From the NCBI GenBank assembly GCA_965235115.1, contig OZ249436.1, positions 33,916,001-33,980,000 on the forward strand: a stretch of 64,000 nucleotides of DNA, given 5' to 3'. Position numbers and translations under genes: made by a program. This document shows positions 48,400-60,118 of this stretch, piece after piece. Position 1 is the stretch's first letter. Each line of letters starts with the position of its first letter. Source of the stretch: Laetmonice hystrix (Eukaryota). The notes below the pieces were generated by a model. The model made no database searches, was not told the origin of the DNA, and was given only the letters and a program-made list of their open reading frames with translations.

Positions 48400-50796
48400 C
48401 CCCCTGACCCAGGGCTAGAACCTCCGTGCCCGAGGGACGGGGGCACTTGGTGCTGATTGAACCGACCTCTGTTCAGCCAGCGGCAGTTCTCCGTAGAATG
48501 ACCCCACATGTTGTGGTAGGTGCAATACTGTCTGCCGTCATCTGAGTGCTGGGGTGGGTTGGGTCGGCCTGTCGGCAGGCGGTCCCTCTACTGCTGTCGA
48601 CCTTGACCTTGACGTGGCCCGTCCCGAGCTGGCCGGGGCTGACCGTATCGGGTGTCAGCACGCGCCCTGGCAGAGTGTGTACCCTTAATGCGGGAGAGTG
48701 CTTCTAGTATCGCTCTGTATGCTTGGGGAGATTGCGTATCCAGCACCGCACACGACTTGGGTTTCTGAGACTCCACTGTCTCAAGGTGAGATGCCATCTC
48801 GAAGGCCTCAGTAAATGAAGCAGGATTCTGCACGGCTAGTAGGTGGCTAAGTGAAGGCTCCAAGCCCGTGATAAACCCAGATGTCAAAACTTGGTCTGAC
48901 ACATCATAATTTCTCTGTTTCTGTCTCAGCAGCCCAGCGAACTCTAGTGCATTCTGAGACTTTTGCTGTTTCAACGAAAAAATGTCCCTGTGCTTTTGCC
49001 AAACCGGACGCATATCACTGAAAATATCGACCATCTTTGACTTGAATGTGGCATAAGACGATCTGGCCGAGTGTTCCAGAGCTCTCATCCAATAGACTGT
49101 TTTCCGTTGCAGGTTGCTATGCTGCCTCAAGTGCCTGGTTGATGACCATGGTTCGCCATAGTTAACCTACGGACAATCACTCCAGAGAGCTGATTTTGAA
49201 CTGCTCACAAAACCTTGCAAAATAGAATATTTCGAAACTTGGACCGGCCCCCGACAACGATCATCCCTCCAAGAACGCGGTGTGACTATTTTTACATACT
49301 GCAATTTTACATACTGGGAGAACGCAGATTTTTTACATACGGGCAGAATTTTTACACATTGCGGGAGTTTTAGATGGGCAAATATTTTTTAGGGCCTATA
49401 TATTACGATAGTTTTACACATACAGGGAATTTTACATAGGGTATAGGTCTGCGGGTTGTACAGCCCTCCTCTCTGTCGGACGGGTCCCGGGAAGGTAAAA
49501 AAACCTGACATCATCCATGGATGGCCTTGATTTACTGTTTCCTGCCCCATATCTACTGTTACTTGCACATGCTCCATACCAACAGTGCTTGTTACCTGGC
49601 ATTAATGGTCAGTATCGAAATGTTGTCGACTGTTGGGTGTTTCGATGTTGCTAATATCGCTCAGGTCAAAGTTCCGACCGTTCAACTTCACACCACGATT
49701 AAAACTTATTTCTGCCTGTTACCGAGATTCTAACTTATTGTATCTTGTCACCCCCATTGTTTTATTATTCTGGCCACCCCGAACTGCTCATATTGACACG
49801 GAGAAACTCAAAATCCCAGATTTGCTCAACACCACTTTCTTCATTGTTCTCTATGGCCCAAGCGCTAGCAACGCGATGCGCTTGCACCGACTTTGGAGTT
49901 CGGAAAATGGTCTATTCGCGACCCTATCCTTTAGGCCGTGCAATGCCATAGAGAGCAGATGGTCTGCGGGCCAACCGTAAATCCAGCCGAGACTTTCGAT
50001 TTCGTCGAAGTAAACTCGAACGCACTCAGAACTCTTCCCTCTGAACTGCTGCTGTAGCCGTTGCTGTTGTTGCTGTAGTTGGTCATGCTGTTGCTGCAGC
50101 TGTTGCTGCTGCTGCTCGTGCTGCGGTGGGTCCATCATGGTCAGGCGTTTGATGGGGTGATGAGTGTGTACTAAAGGGGAGGGTGCCCGGCGCGTGGCGG
50201 TGTCCGGCGAGTCGACCCGAGATATGGGTGGGTCCCGGGGAGGAGAGGGTGACCCCCCCTGTCTGCGCACTATCCTCTGTAACGTCACTCAAGTCGAAGG
50301 CGTGACCTTCAATAACAATCTGTTTGCCCCGGAGTTCGGACTGAGTGAAATGTTGAAATGAGCAGAGGCCTCTCCACCATACACTAAAACAAATATATCT
50401 TGGGGAGCCGGCAAAATTGTCCTGTACACTAGTTTCCCTTTTCAACCATTACGCCTGGCCACGGTCACTGTGGAATATCGCTCCATATGTTGTGAGGAAA
50501 ACTTCCAGGTCCGACGTGCGCACCACAATGAATCCTAGTAGGCCCTGATAGGCGCCCGCCATCCGTACATTACCACAGTTAGCTGAAATGAAAATAGACC
50601 GGCGCTCCTGGCCAGCCTCCCGCAAAATTAGGAGATCTTCTACATCCGGTACCTCAATCAACGTTATTCTTTCATTCCTGTCGTCTGCAGTGACTGTTAT
50701 GTGCGGCCTTCTGGATGCCTCCACCGTCAACATGTTAACAATATAGGCCGGAATCGACGTACCTGTTGTTTGACGGGCTGTTAAGGCTCTCCGCAT
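48400..50796 (-). pseudogene. gag: gag of the LTR-bounded gypsy element, split by a MITE
   Basis: FRGKSSECVRVYFDEIE...LKDRVA|NWMRAL...LKQQKSQNALEFAG...NPASFTEAFEMA and the knuckle YCTYHNMWGHSTENC. A long N-terminal extension runs to 50796. Confidence 0.85.
49094..49913. mobile_element. Non-autonomous DNA transposon inserted in gag (AT target duplication; ISL2EU/PHIS-like)
   Basis: TIRs AGACTGTTTTCCG / CGGAAAATGGTCT flanked by AT. Removing it restores gag in frame (VANWMRAL). Confidence 0.7.
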
Positions 50797-53700
50797 TGAC
50801 CAATGTTGTGTAACGATAGTGGTGTTGTCCTAATTACAAAATTACCGGGCTTCGGGTTCTTCACCAATGTTGTGTTGGGGCTTTAGTCGAGCACTCGTGG
50901 TAAACGTTCAACCCCATTCACATATTGCAGTCCAACTCCAGGCTTGTTGTACTCCAGGTTTATTCCAGTTAGCGATGTGCACTGTCAGCTTTGCCTTATA
51001 ACTACTCCGTCTCCGGTGTGGGTACTGACTGGGCTCTACTGAGTCCAGCCGGATTCTCCGATTTGTCCTCACCTGTCCCTCTCCCAGCTCAACCCCGCCA
51101 CCCCACCTCCATAGGTGACCACCAGGAGGAGCGAGTCCGTGAGGTCCCCATGAGGACACGGACTGGCAGCCTCCGTTGGTCACTGCCAGGAAGGGCAAGC
51201 GTAGCGGGTCGGCTGAGGACACGGGGGGCTCCTCCCGAGATCCTCCAGTCCACCCGACCGCTTCCGCCATTCGCCACTAGGGGGGCGAGCGTGGCGGGTC
51301 GGTCGAGGACACGGGGGGTGTAGTCCTTCCGGTCGACCCGACTGCTTCCGCCGGTCACCACCAGGAGGGGCGAGCGTAGTGGGTCAGTCAGGGACTCGGG
51401 GGGGGGGGGGGGGGGGGCTCCGCCGGTCGACCCGACTGCCTTCCACGGCCACCGCCAGGAGGGGCAACCGTGGTAGGCCAGTTGAGGACACGGGGTATGG
51501 CTGCTCCGGCTAACCCCCACTGCTTCCTCCGGTCACTGCCAGGAGGAGCGAGTGTTGGGAGTCATCTGAGTATACGGGGTGCAACTTTGCCGTTCTAGCC
51601 CCAACACAATGCAAACAATGCGCGGGATAAAAATAGGTCTAGGTCTCTTTTGCTATTCAGTATTCTAACCCTATTTTCGCTGTGAAGATGGCCTTAGATT
51701 CCAACATGGCGTAAAACCACCATTACTCCCTCACTCCCGATACAGAGATTCACTCTCAACCGACAGTGCAGGGAAGATGCCGCACTGATATATCAACTTT
51801 CTGTTGAAAGAAATAGCTGCAGTTCTGTCGTAGACTTCCTTGATGCTGGCAGGGGCATCCAAAGCTTTATCACCGCATATAATGTGGCTCCCCAATCTGA
51901 TCTCAGGCCTACCATCTGGGCTTATGGCATCTGGCCAGCTTTGCATGGAAGTTTCGTGGAGTCCCTTTTGGGTTCTTCAGCAATTGTCGTGGGACAGGTT
52001 TGACCACGAACTAACAATAATGAAAATGAAAAGTCCAATACGTTTTAAGAGGAAAAGAATAAGTTTAATGGGGAGTAAAATTAAACAATGGTGCGCACGT
52101 GTGCGGCTTGAGCATCAGGGGATGCTGAACAAATTTTGAAGAATGGCGGACGGCGTGGCTGGACGCGTCCCCAGTTATAGAATACATGTAACCTCGGAAA
52201 ACCAGAATAATTGTACCGAACCATACAACATACAACGATCAGCACGAGCTGTTGGATTAATCGAGAAGGACTTACCGCTTGGAGTTTGTGGATACTCAGG
52301 CTTGATAAAGTTCTTTGTGATGACACACGTGGTGTGTCGGAGGCCGCTGGCGTAGCAAGCCAGAGCCGTAGAGAAATATATTTGATGTGTGTTGATTGCC
52401 GAGTTTGAGGTAAGAGAGAGAGCGAGTATTAGACTCACTTAGATTATATACTGATCCACAACCCTCCAAGACGGCAGACGCGTGTCGGCCTCCGATTGGC
52501 TCATCCCCATCTTCCAGGAAGATGGAGATCCAAATTTGGGATGGAAGACGACGCTCCCTCGTTACGCGAGGCGCTAATTAATAACTCATCAACAGGTATA
52601 GAAGGTACCAAAAGCTTCCAAGTCGAATAACTGCTTGGATAAAATATATAGGATAAAATGACTAATCTAGAAATATGCTCTGCACAAAGAGCTACACTTT
52701 GATAATAAATATGTTGTTTGTTTTCCTTTAGTTTAAAAGTTACAGAAAAGTGGCAATTATGCACTTAAATAAAACCTGAGAGACTTATAAATAACATGTG
52801 AACATTTAAGAAATGACAGAGACTCCACAGAGTACTCTGGGTATCGTCTACTGGAAAATGTAAACGGTTTTTGAGGACGTTGTAATCCACTGATAGACTA
52901 TACGTCTGCATGGTTGGCCATTGTTTGATATGGCTGGATAAACGTTAATACCTGGAAATAGCTTATGAAAATAGTTCCTACAGATTCTCTAAGAACATTA
53001 ACTCTGTTTACAGTATTTGTAGAGTTCTGAAACGTATATTTGTATGATAAAACTGTGACACGCATAACTAATTAGGTTCGCTTAAGGGAAAGAAAGATGG
53101 CTGCCGTAATTACTGGTGTACGGATATATATAGCACATCTTGATAGTGCAGGAGTAGCCCTACTCTGAGATAGGGGTACGACATCTCCCCCCGGTGCGGG
53201 TGAGATTGGAGTATCCAATCGTTAAAATAATAATAGGTATATAACACACGCACACGTCACACGACATATCTTAAATAATTACAATAACAGTTCATAAAAC
53301 AGGTTAAAAGGTTTCGCATGGTAACATTTGTGTAGTTGTAGTCCATCGGAGTCCTAAATGAACAAATTCAAATGGTATTTTGCCATGCATTAGAAAGTGG
53401 CACTAGGCAAGCGTGTTGGCAGTTAAAAAGCACATGGACAGTTTATGTGAGTCTTTGCCAATTTGATGTCAAAAGAAAGTTTGTTGATCATCTTAAATGC
53501 CTATTGAATCGGTTTAATGTTTCATGAAGAGTTTGTGATAACATACCGTAGCCACATGTCAAATATGTGTATAATTATATATGTGCAGCTGGAAAAAGCT
53601 AAAGATGCTGCACGGACAGTTTATGCAGCACATTAGTGCAATTGTGGAATAAAAGATAGCACTGAACTTGTAACCACACGGAAAGTTTATGTGGATTCCT

Positions 53701-55705
53701 GACAACATGAAATACCATGTCAGGAAAAGCAGCTTGAGACTGTCTTGTATCTAGAAGACGTAGCGCACTGGTTCGAAGAAGGATGAGGCATTGTCCATAG
53801 TCAAGCGTAAAGTGTTGGGACGAGTATGAAGCGTTGTCCTCGTTGACCTTTCTGGTAGGCAGGGCAGGGCTGTATAGAAATGCTAAACAATGCCATGTAC
53901 CATTGCGAAAAGTATAATTTAAGGAAGAACATTTGCAAACCTGTCGAAACGCATTATGTTAGTTACAAGTATATGTAGAGGTATTCCTGTGAGGGTGGTA
54001 CTGGACCTAGTGCAGGGTCTTTGACACACATAGAAACAGGATTTGGAGTGGTGTACAACGAGAAGGGCATGAAAAGTATTTTTTCAGATCATGCAACTGA
54101 AAAGCTTGTCAGAAGAAAAGTGGGAGTTTTTCAGGTAAGTTTATGTCTTAGTTGTTGAGCGTGTTATTTGACCATCTGACCAGTTAATATGGAGTTGGGT
54201 ATAGTGTTAGCAAAACTGCGTAGTTTAAACAAAAAAAACATCAGTGAGGACCTGATGATTTGTCAGGGTTACTGCTGACAAAGTTGAAAAATGAGTTGAA
54301 CATTGTTGCAGACATAAAGGAAGACTGTTCTTCTCCCTGGCGAATGCTTTTCCCTGTGCAATAATGTGTTAGCCATGGTTTAACGTTAAACCTCCTCTTT
54401 TGTTGCGATGCCAGATATACGGCAAGAGATTTCCCAATGATGGGTAAAAGTGACCGTTTGTACCTTGACAGAGAAGGTGTTGGTCGGTTCCGTGGTAAAG
54501 GCGCAGTGATCTGGTCACGTGGCGAACTGAGTGCGGAGGCAGATATCATGCGTATAGCGTGGGCACGGTGCAGTGCTGAACGAGAGATAGGGCCGGAGTG
54601 TCCTGACACGGTTTGTGTCGCCTGACACGACAAGTTTGTCGCCCTGTCTTGAAGTTTACCTGGAATGGCCAATTAATTGAAACGTATGCGACCCTTTTCT
54701 GTAGGTAGCTTGCATACGGCCATCAGGTTGAAATAAAATATAATTGGGCCTCTGGACGACACTCATTGCTTGCGCATGATGTGTAGAAAGGAAGGTAGAT
54801 ATGAGCACAAAATGATAAGACCGTACGCATTGTGGTCAACACGGTGGCTGCTTCAGACTAGATGTGTTTGGAGTTGGAAGAGTCCGGACCTCTCACCGCC
54901 ACGCGAAAAGACAGGGAGCGGACCATAATAACGCCGGCCAAAGCGGGGTCCGCTGAATGTCTAGACACATGGATAGTACAAAAACATCCGAGAGAAGCAC
55001 CGGTATAAACAATGATTATGACGGAAAAACGTGCTCGAAGCTTCCAAAATGACACATGTAAAAAAAAATTATCTTTAAAGAGGAATAGTGGCTAGCAACA
55101 CAAGGGAAATTGTAGCAATTACGATACGAAAGGTTTGGCTACGCAGTTATTGGTACCCATTGACGTAAATAGTCAGTTACATACGCCGTCAGCGTTTACT
55201 CTTTCCCGATAGGGTGACATGAGTGTTGGCGCCTCTCAACGTGTATGTTGGAGTTGGCCCTTCAATATGGTTCCTTATAAGGTTAATGCAGTTGACTAGG
55301 GGTAACTGGAGTGATGTGCTCACCCCCGAGCATAACTAATTGACTGGAGTGTGTGTGTCTGCCCCAACATGTATAATGACATGTCAGTATCTAACTGTTT
55401 TTGCCGTGAAAATGGCCTTAGATGCTGCACACTCGCTAAGTGGGTGGCACTCTTTAATAAGAGGGTAAGCCTCGCCCACAAAAATACAGAAAATACAAAC
55501 AAAATAAGCAAAATCCAGCAGGCTCTGTTGAGGTGTCCCTGACCAGTTCAAAACTCCACGTGTAGGGAAGTAGTTAATAAAAAAGTCAGTGGGGGTGTCT
55601 CAGAAGGCCATAATGCCCGTCTATGGAGTTGTATGCTCTGGGCACAAAAGAAAAACTGCTTTCTCCCCGCTGGACCAGTTCGACCGGCTCTGCTACTCCC
55701 AAGAT

Positions 55706-56337
55706 CCAAGATTCACTTTTGCTGGGTGCCCGGCCATGTTGGCATACCGGGCAATGAGCAAGTCGACAGAACTGCCAAGAGAGCGCTCGATACAGACGTT
55801 GACCCATGTCCAATCCCAGCCTCTGACCTCAGACCTGCCATCTGGGCTTACGTTAAGAACAGATGGCAGGCTGAATGGGATGAACAACCAAACAATAAAT
55901 TGTATCAGATCAGTCCCATCGTAAACCAAAGGTATCATCATGGCCTAACCCAACGGAGGCATGAAATTGTTTTTACTCGATGCAGAGTTGGTCATTCTAG
56001 ATTAACCCCTCCAGAATGTTATGGCTGTCAGTGTCCTTTGACACTGAAGCATCTTTTACTCGAATGTGGTGATTTTACTCTCATCAGAGAGGTTTTATAA
56101 GGTTTTATAATGAGACGAGTCTTAAGGATCTTTTTAGCAATATCAGACCAGGAGTGATTTTAGAGTTCTTGTCAGAGGCTGGACTTCTGACTCTTTTATA
56201 GATGTGTTTTGGTGGTGTTCCCGTTAGGACCCAGGATAAAATAGGTTCCTTTGGTTTTATGGCCTTATAACTCTGTTTTCGCCGTGAAGATGGCCCCAGA
56301 TGCCGACACGGCGCAAAACCACCACTACTCACTCACG
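55706..56337 (+). mobile_element. 5'-truncated I/Nimb-type LINE (RNase H end, CCHC knuckle, 3' UTR)
   Basis: IHFCWVPGHVGIPGNEQVDRTAK...RCRVGHSRLT..CYGCQCPLTLKHLLLEC, followed by the structured UTR and a (CACT)n tail. Confidence 0.9.
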
Positions 56338-56559
56338 GTGGGTATGGCGGGCCCTGGCCAGCGCCTCCTGCAGTCTGCCGTACCCCCGGTTCTGTCTGCC
56401 AAAATTCTGCAGGCGCGAGGGTAATAAACCACACTAATACGGAAGTTAAAAATTGCTTAAGCAGTGCGCTGTCAACATGGAAACATGTTAAGCAAGATTG
56501 GCACACTATCAAGTGATAGAAACATGTTAAGCATAATTTGCAGGCCTGCCAGGTGATGG

Positions 56560-58352
56560 TCAGCTTCGTGAAGCTTTACACTGCGATAAACCTTGGACTA
56601 ATCCAGCTTGACTAGCCAGAAACCTCTCCGTAGTGATGAGGTTGCCTGGTAAAGAGTCTGGTATGAAAACCGTTTGTTGAGGGCAAAGTCGTTAAGCGCC
56701 TGGCCATATGGTCTTGACGCGTCGTGGAGAAGCCGAACCTTGCCCGCATCATCCCTAATGATGGCCCCAAGGACTGACGTTATCGTCGGCTGCTCCTGCA
56801 TAACTTACGGCCGGTAATTAGTTCCTTCTTAATCTGCGCCTCTACCACTGGCTTGTTGCAGCCAAGCACAGATTTATGATTAGAATAGAAGGCTCCTGCC
56901 CAGGTAGTGTCTTTGTTCGTAATTCGGAAGCCATTGTGGACTCCATCAACAATAAAGTTTAAGTTATAGTCTTTGTCTCATGGATCGAGGCGCCACTTCC
57001 AGGCAAGCCGTTGTGTGCTGAGCGGCACGTCTCCTAGGCCTGGTTGATATGGCTGTAGCGACATCTCTCACCAAAAGAACACGCACCTTTCATCAGAAAC
57101 GGCAGCATGGTTCCACGGCCGCGGCTTGGCCGTTGGGCCCCTGTTCCTGTCCCGTGGTGCTAGTGATCCTTCCAGTGGCCCTGCCACCTGGCTTTCAGCG
57201 CTGGTGTTAGCGCTTCTGGGACGCCTGCATTGCCTGTTGATCCTGGCGCTTGGGCAGCAGGAGGAGCGACTCCAGGTGTCGCGCCGGGGTGCCCCAACGG
57301 TAGCCGTGTTCCCGGTACCTGGTGTCGTAGTCCAGAACCGAAGCCCAGTCGTTAGGGGACGCCAGTTCATGAACTGTGACGGTATGTGCCATATAATCCT
57401 CGAGACGGTCCCTCTGTACTTCACCTGCTGCAAGGAGATGCGACAATATTATATTGACAATATTATTGACAATATAAGTTTGCTGCTCCCCATTCGGCAG
57501 TCACTGTTTAACCTGCTCCGGGACGAAGTCTTTTTCTTGCAGAGCTTTACGCGATGTTGCCCTAATCGTCAAGACCGTCTGGGGGTCGTAGCCATCGGAG
57601 GCTGAGGCCCTAGCTACAGTATGACAGCTGTTTGTCATGGGCGGACCCTGTCGTACTCCCGGTGCTCACGTGGTCCTCGCTCGGCTCCCTGAGCATCCTG
57701 TCCAGCATTTCGCCTGCATTCAATAAGTCCTGTGACTGCCCACCGATATCCATGGAAGGACGTGATCTCTCTTTATCATCTGCGCCGCCAACAGAAGCAT
57801 CAGGGCGTGAAGGATCTGGTTGGTTTTCAACCTGATGGACAACGGCAGTAGCTTGAGCGAAAGCCGGGGACCCGAGCTGCCTCAGCGCCTCATGGAGCAG
57901 CCTGGCCTGACCGCCTGTGACAATGCATCGTGAGGGGTCGGGTGCGTGGTTGACTGGACGTGTACCTGTACCTCGGCCCGTGCGGCGGCGCGTGCCTGGG
58001 CGTCCCTCGGCAACAGCAATGGGTCGGTAGTAGGTGCCGGCGTGTTTGCCCCGGAACTTTGGACGTTTTGAAAGGTAGAGTTTACTTGGGCTGTGGTGTC
58101 CGCCTGGGTGGCGTTCACGAGTTGAGACACAAGATGGCACATGGTCTCCATTTTCTCTGCGACCTGGTCCATGCGTTTTGTCACTCTGCCGACCTCTGTC
58201 CGTAGCGCTATAATATTCGTGGCATTTTCTTTTACCGTCGGCTTCTTTTTTGGGCGGTCCTCTATTTCTTCTGTGGTTAGCTCAAGGTCTGACATGGCGA
58301 TAGTAGTTATAACTACTGGCGAGGAGAACTTGTGCCAGTGAGCGGTCAGCAC
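56560..58352 (-). mobile_element. DIRS/Ngaro-type element remnant (gag plus RT N terminus)
   Basis: gag pieces (MSHLLAAGEV...YMAHTVTVHELA...WASVLDYDTRYR...RWGT) followed by RT (GVHNGFRI..., LGAI...GKVRLLHDASRP..QALND...LVKLD). Confidence 0.8.
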
Positions 58353-58529
58353 TGACCGGTGAGCAGTGAGCGGTGACGTCGTGCGGGTGAGGAGTGTGTG
58401 AAAAGCAGTCCGACTTCGTGCAGGTTAGGAGTGGAAGTGGCGGGGAGGTATGAGAGAGGTGAAAGGAAAGTGCAAAAAGGAAGTGACGTGGAGGTCAAGG
58501 TGGGGTGAAGGTAGCCACTGCGTGTTCAA

Positions 58530-58909
58530 TTACAGGCCAATCCGAGATTACCCACAATGTCTGGTCGGAGAAGGGGTCGTTAAGGGTAGACCCCACCAGC
58601 CTGGAGATGTCATGTATCAAACGCAAGGTGCCATCAGGCTTTGGCACCGCAGCCAGGCTTGGCAGAATGCAGGGTCTGTCCTCCACAATAACATTACGAC
58701 CATTGTCTATCTCCATAAGGATCTGGCACTCCACCTCTTCCCTACTCCTAAGGGCTGACCTGTGGTTACCGTGAAAGGCTCCAGCATCTGCAGTGTGCGT
58801 GTTGGTGACCTTGAAACCGTTCTTGACACCTTCCAAATTAAAGTATTTATCCTCTTCCTCGCGGAGATAATGCTCCCAAGCTTCCAGGTGGAGGGTGCCG
58901 TCCGCACTG
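58530..58909 (-). pseudogene. DIRS/Ngaro RT N-terminal fragment (another copy)
   Basis: LHLEAWEHYL...EGVKNGFKV...NHRSA...VECQILMEIDNG...AAVPKPDGTLRLIHDISR...LND. Confidence 0.8.
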
Positions 58910-59249
58910 TGTTGCTGTGATATTCCCGTTGGGGCCCGGGACAAAATAGGTCCCTTTGATTTTATGGTCTTTCTACTCCGTTTTCACCGTGAAGATGGCC
59001 CCAGATGCTGACACGGCGTAAAACCACCACTACTTACTCACTCACTCCGTCCACACTGGGGACGCAGTCACGTGTCTCTTTTAAACATTGTTAATTAATA
59101 AACACCCAAAAACCACTATTACTCACTTACTCCTGAGATGCTGATATGGTGTAAAACCACCATTACTCACTGGTTACGCCTGATGCATTCAGATGTAATT
59201 GAATTAATCAAGGCATTTTGAAATAACAGGTTCTAGAATTTTGTTATCA

Positions 59250-60118
59250 ACTGGTGCCACAAAGTGTCTTGAAGTTGGATGTTTTCTGCTGTAGTACCTT
59301 CTTCCGACCCGCACTAGTACTTAGAGATGTAACAGCTTGATGGACCTGTTGAACGATTCCACATAACCGGTGTTGTGGGCATAGATAAACAATTCCGACT
59401 TTCTGTAGACGTTGAGGGACTTTATAAATTTCAGAAGCAAAGATGCAGAAACTCACTACCTTTGAATGCTCATAGTTGGGATCTTTCATACATCAGGATT
59501 CCGGATGGCAGTGGTCATGGTTATTTTGATAATGCCGAACAATATTATCAAGCATTTCCTTCAAGGTCTGAGCATTCTGGTCACAGTTTCTAATGCACCA
59601 GTTATTAACAGTGTTTTGATAGCACTCCCTTTGTCAAACAGCTGATTGTGCCATGTTTTTCCTTCATTTTTCCTTGCGCCTGAGCTGATCTTCGTATATT
59701 TCGTAGGGATTTTGGAGGTTTAATGACAAACATCCAGTTGGTTGACAGTGGGTGACCTTTCCTCTTTGACAAACTTGCTGACAGGGATTACTGTCATGAA
59801 CGTGGATGTTGATTCCACACTGGATATCATCAAAATGCTTATATACATATCCTTCAATAAGTTCATGTGGCTGTGTTATTGGATCCCTTGATCGAGCAAT
59901 ATGACCACTTCACAAACGTTTCTGTGTTTGTTCCCCAAGGCAGATCGCATCTGTGTCCTTTGAGTTCTTTCTTGTCCTATGACGGGCGTCTGTAAGGATG
60001 TCTATGCCCGACATTATGGCCTCAGTACTGGCTATTTCCTCCTCTGTAGCTCGTTTCTTTGATTCATCGGTCAGGTCTTGGATAATCGGGATGTACAGCT
60101 TCTGAATCTGATTTTGAT
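59250..60118 (-). pseudogene. Decayed DDE transposase (Kolobok/Mutator-related type)
   Basis: IDILTDARH..RKNSKDTDAICLGEQT...IHVHD...NQLD..H...GKTWHNQLFDK...CIRNC...NIVRHYQNNHDHC...DPNYE...YVESFN, read across several frameshifts. The superfamily assignment is from memory and tentative. Confidence 0.65.

Larger units (their letters stand above)
44492..51608 (-). mobile_element. LTR-bounded Ty3/gypsy element (dead): gag-PR-RT-RH, integrase core deleted, integrase tail plus chromodomain inverted
   Basis: LTRs at 50868-51608 (5') and 44492-44973 (3'), reading TGTGTTGGGGCT...AGCCCCAACACAACA on the - strand. PBS-like TGGTGAAGAACCCG at 50853-50866; PPT AAGGGGGACCCCGCGGG at 44974-44990. Confidence 0.9.

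Noticed and set aside
37438..51600. CRISPR-like reading of the short tandem arrays (37.4 kb, 49.3 kb and inside the LTRs)
   Set aside because: Eukaryotic context, degenerate units, no unique spacers and no cas genes.
51930..55390. Exon-like and ORF-like fragments (52.1-52.65 kb and 54.2-55.05 kb, - strand) and a small hairpin near 53155
   Set aside because: I could not assemble a consistent frame or recognise a family. Probably old TE debris; left unannotated.
56218..56337. LINE tail as a self-cleaving ribozyme (hammerhead, HDV-like or twister)
   Set aside because: No CUGANGA/GAAA core or nested double pseudoknot is visible. Only a simple H-type pseudoknot and a hairpin are supported.
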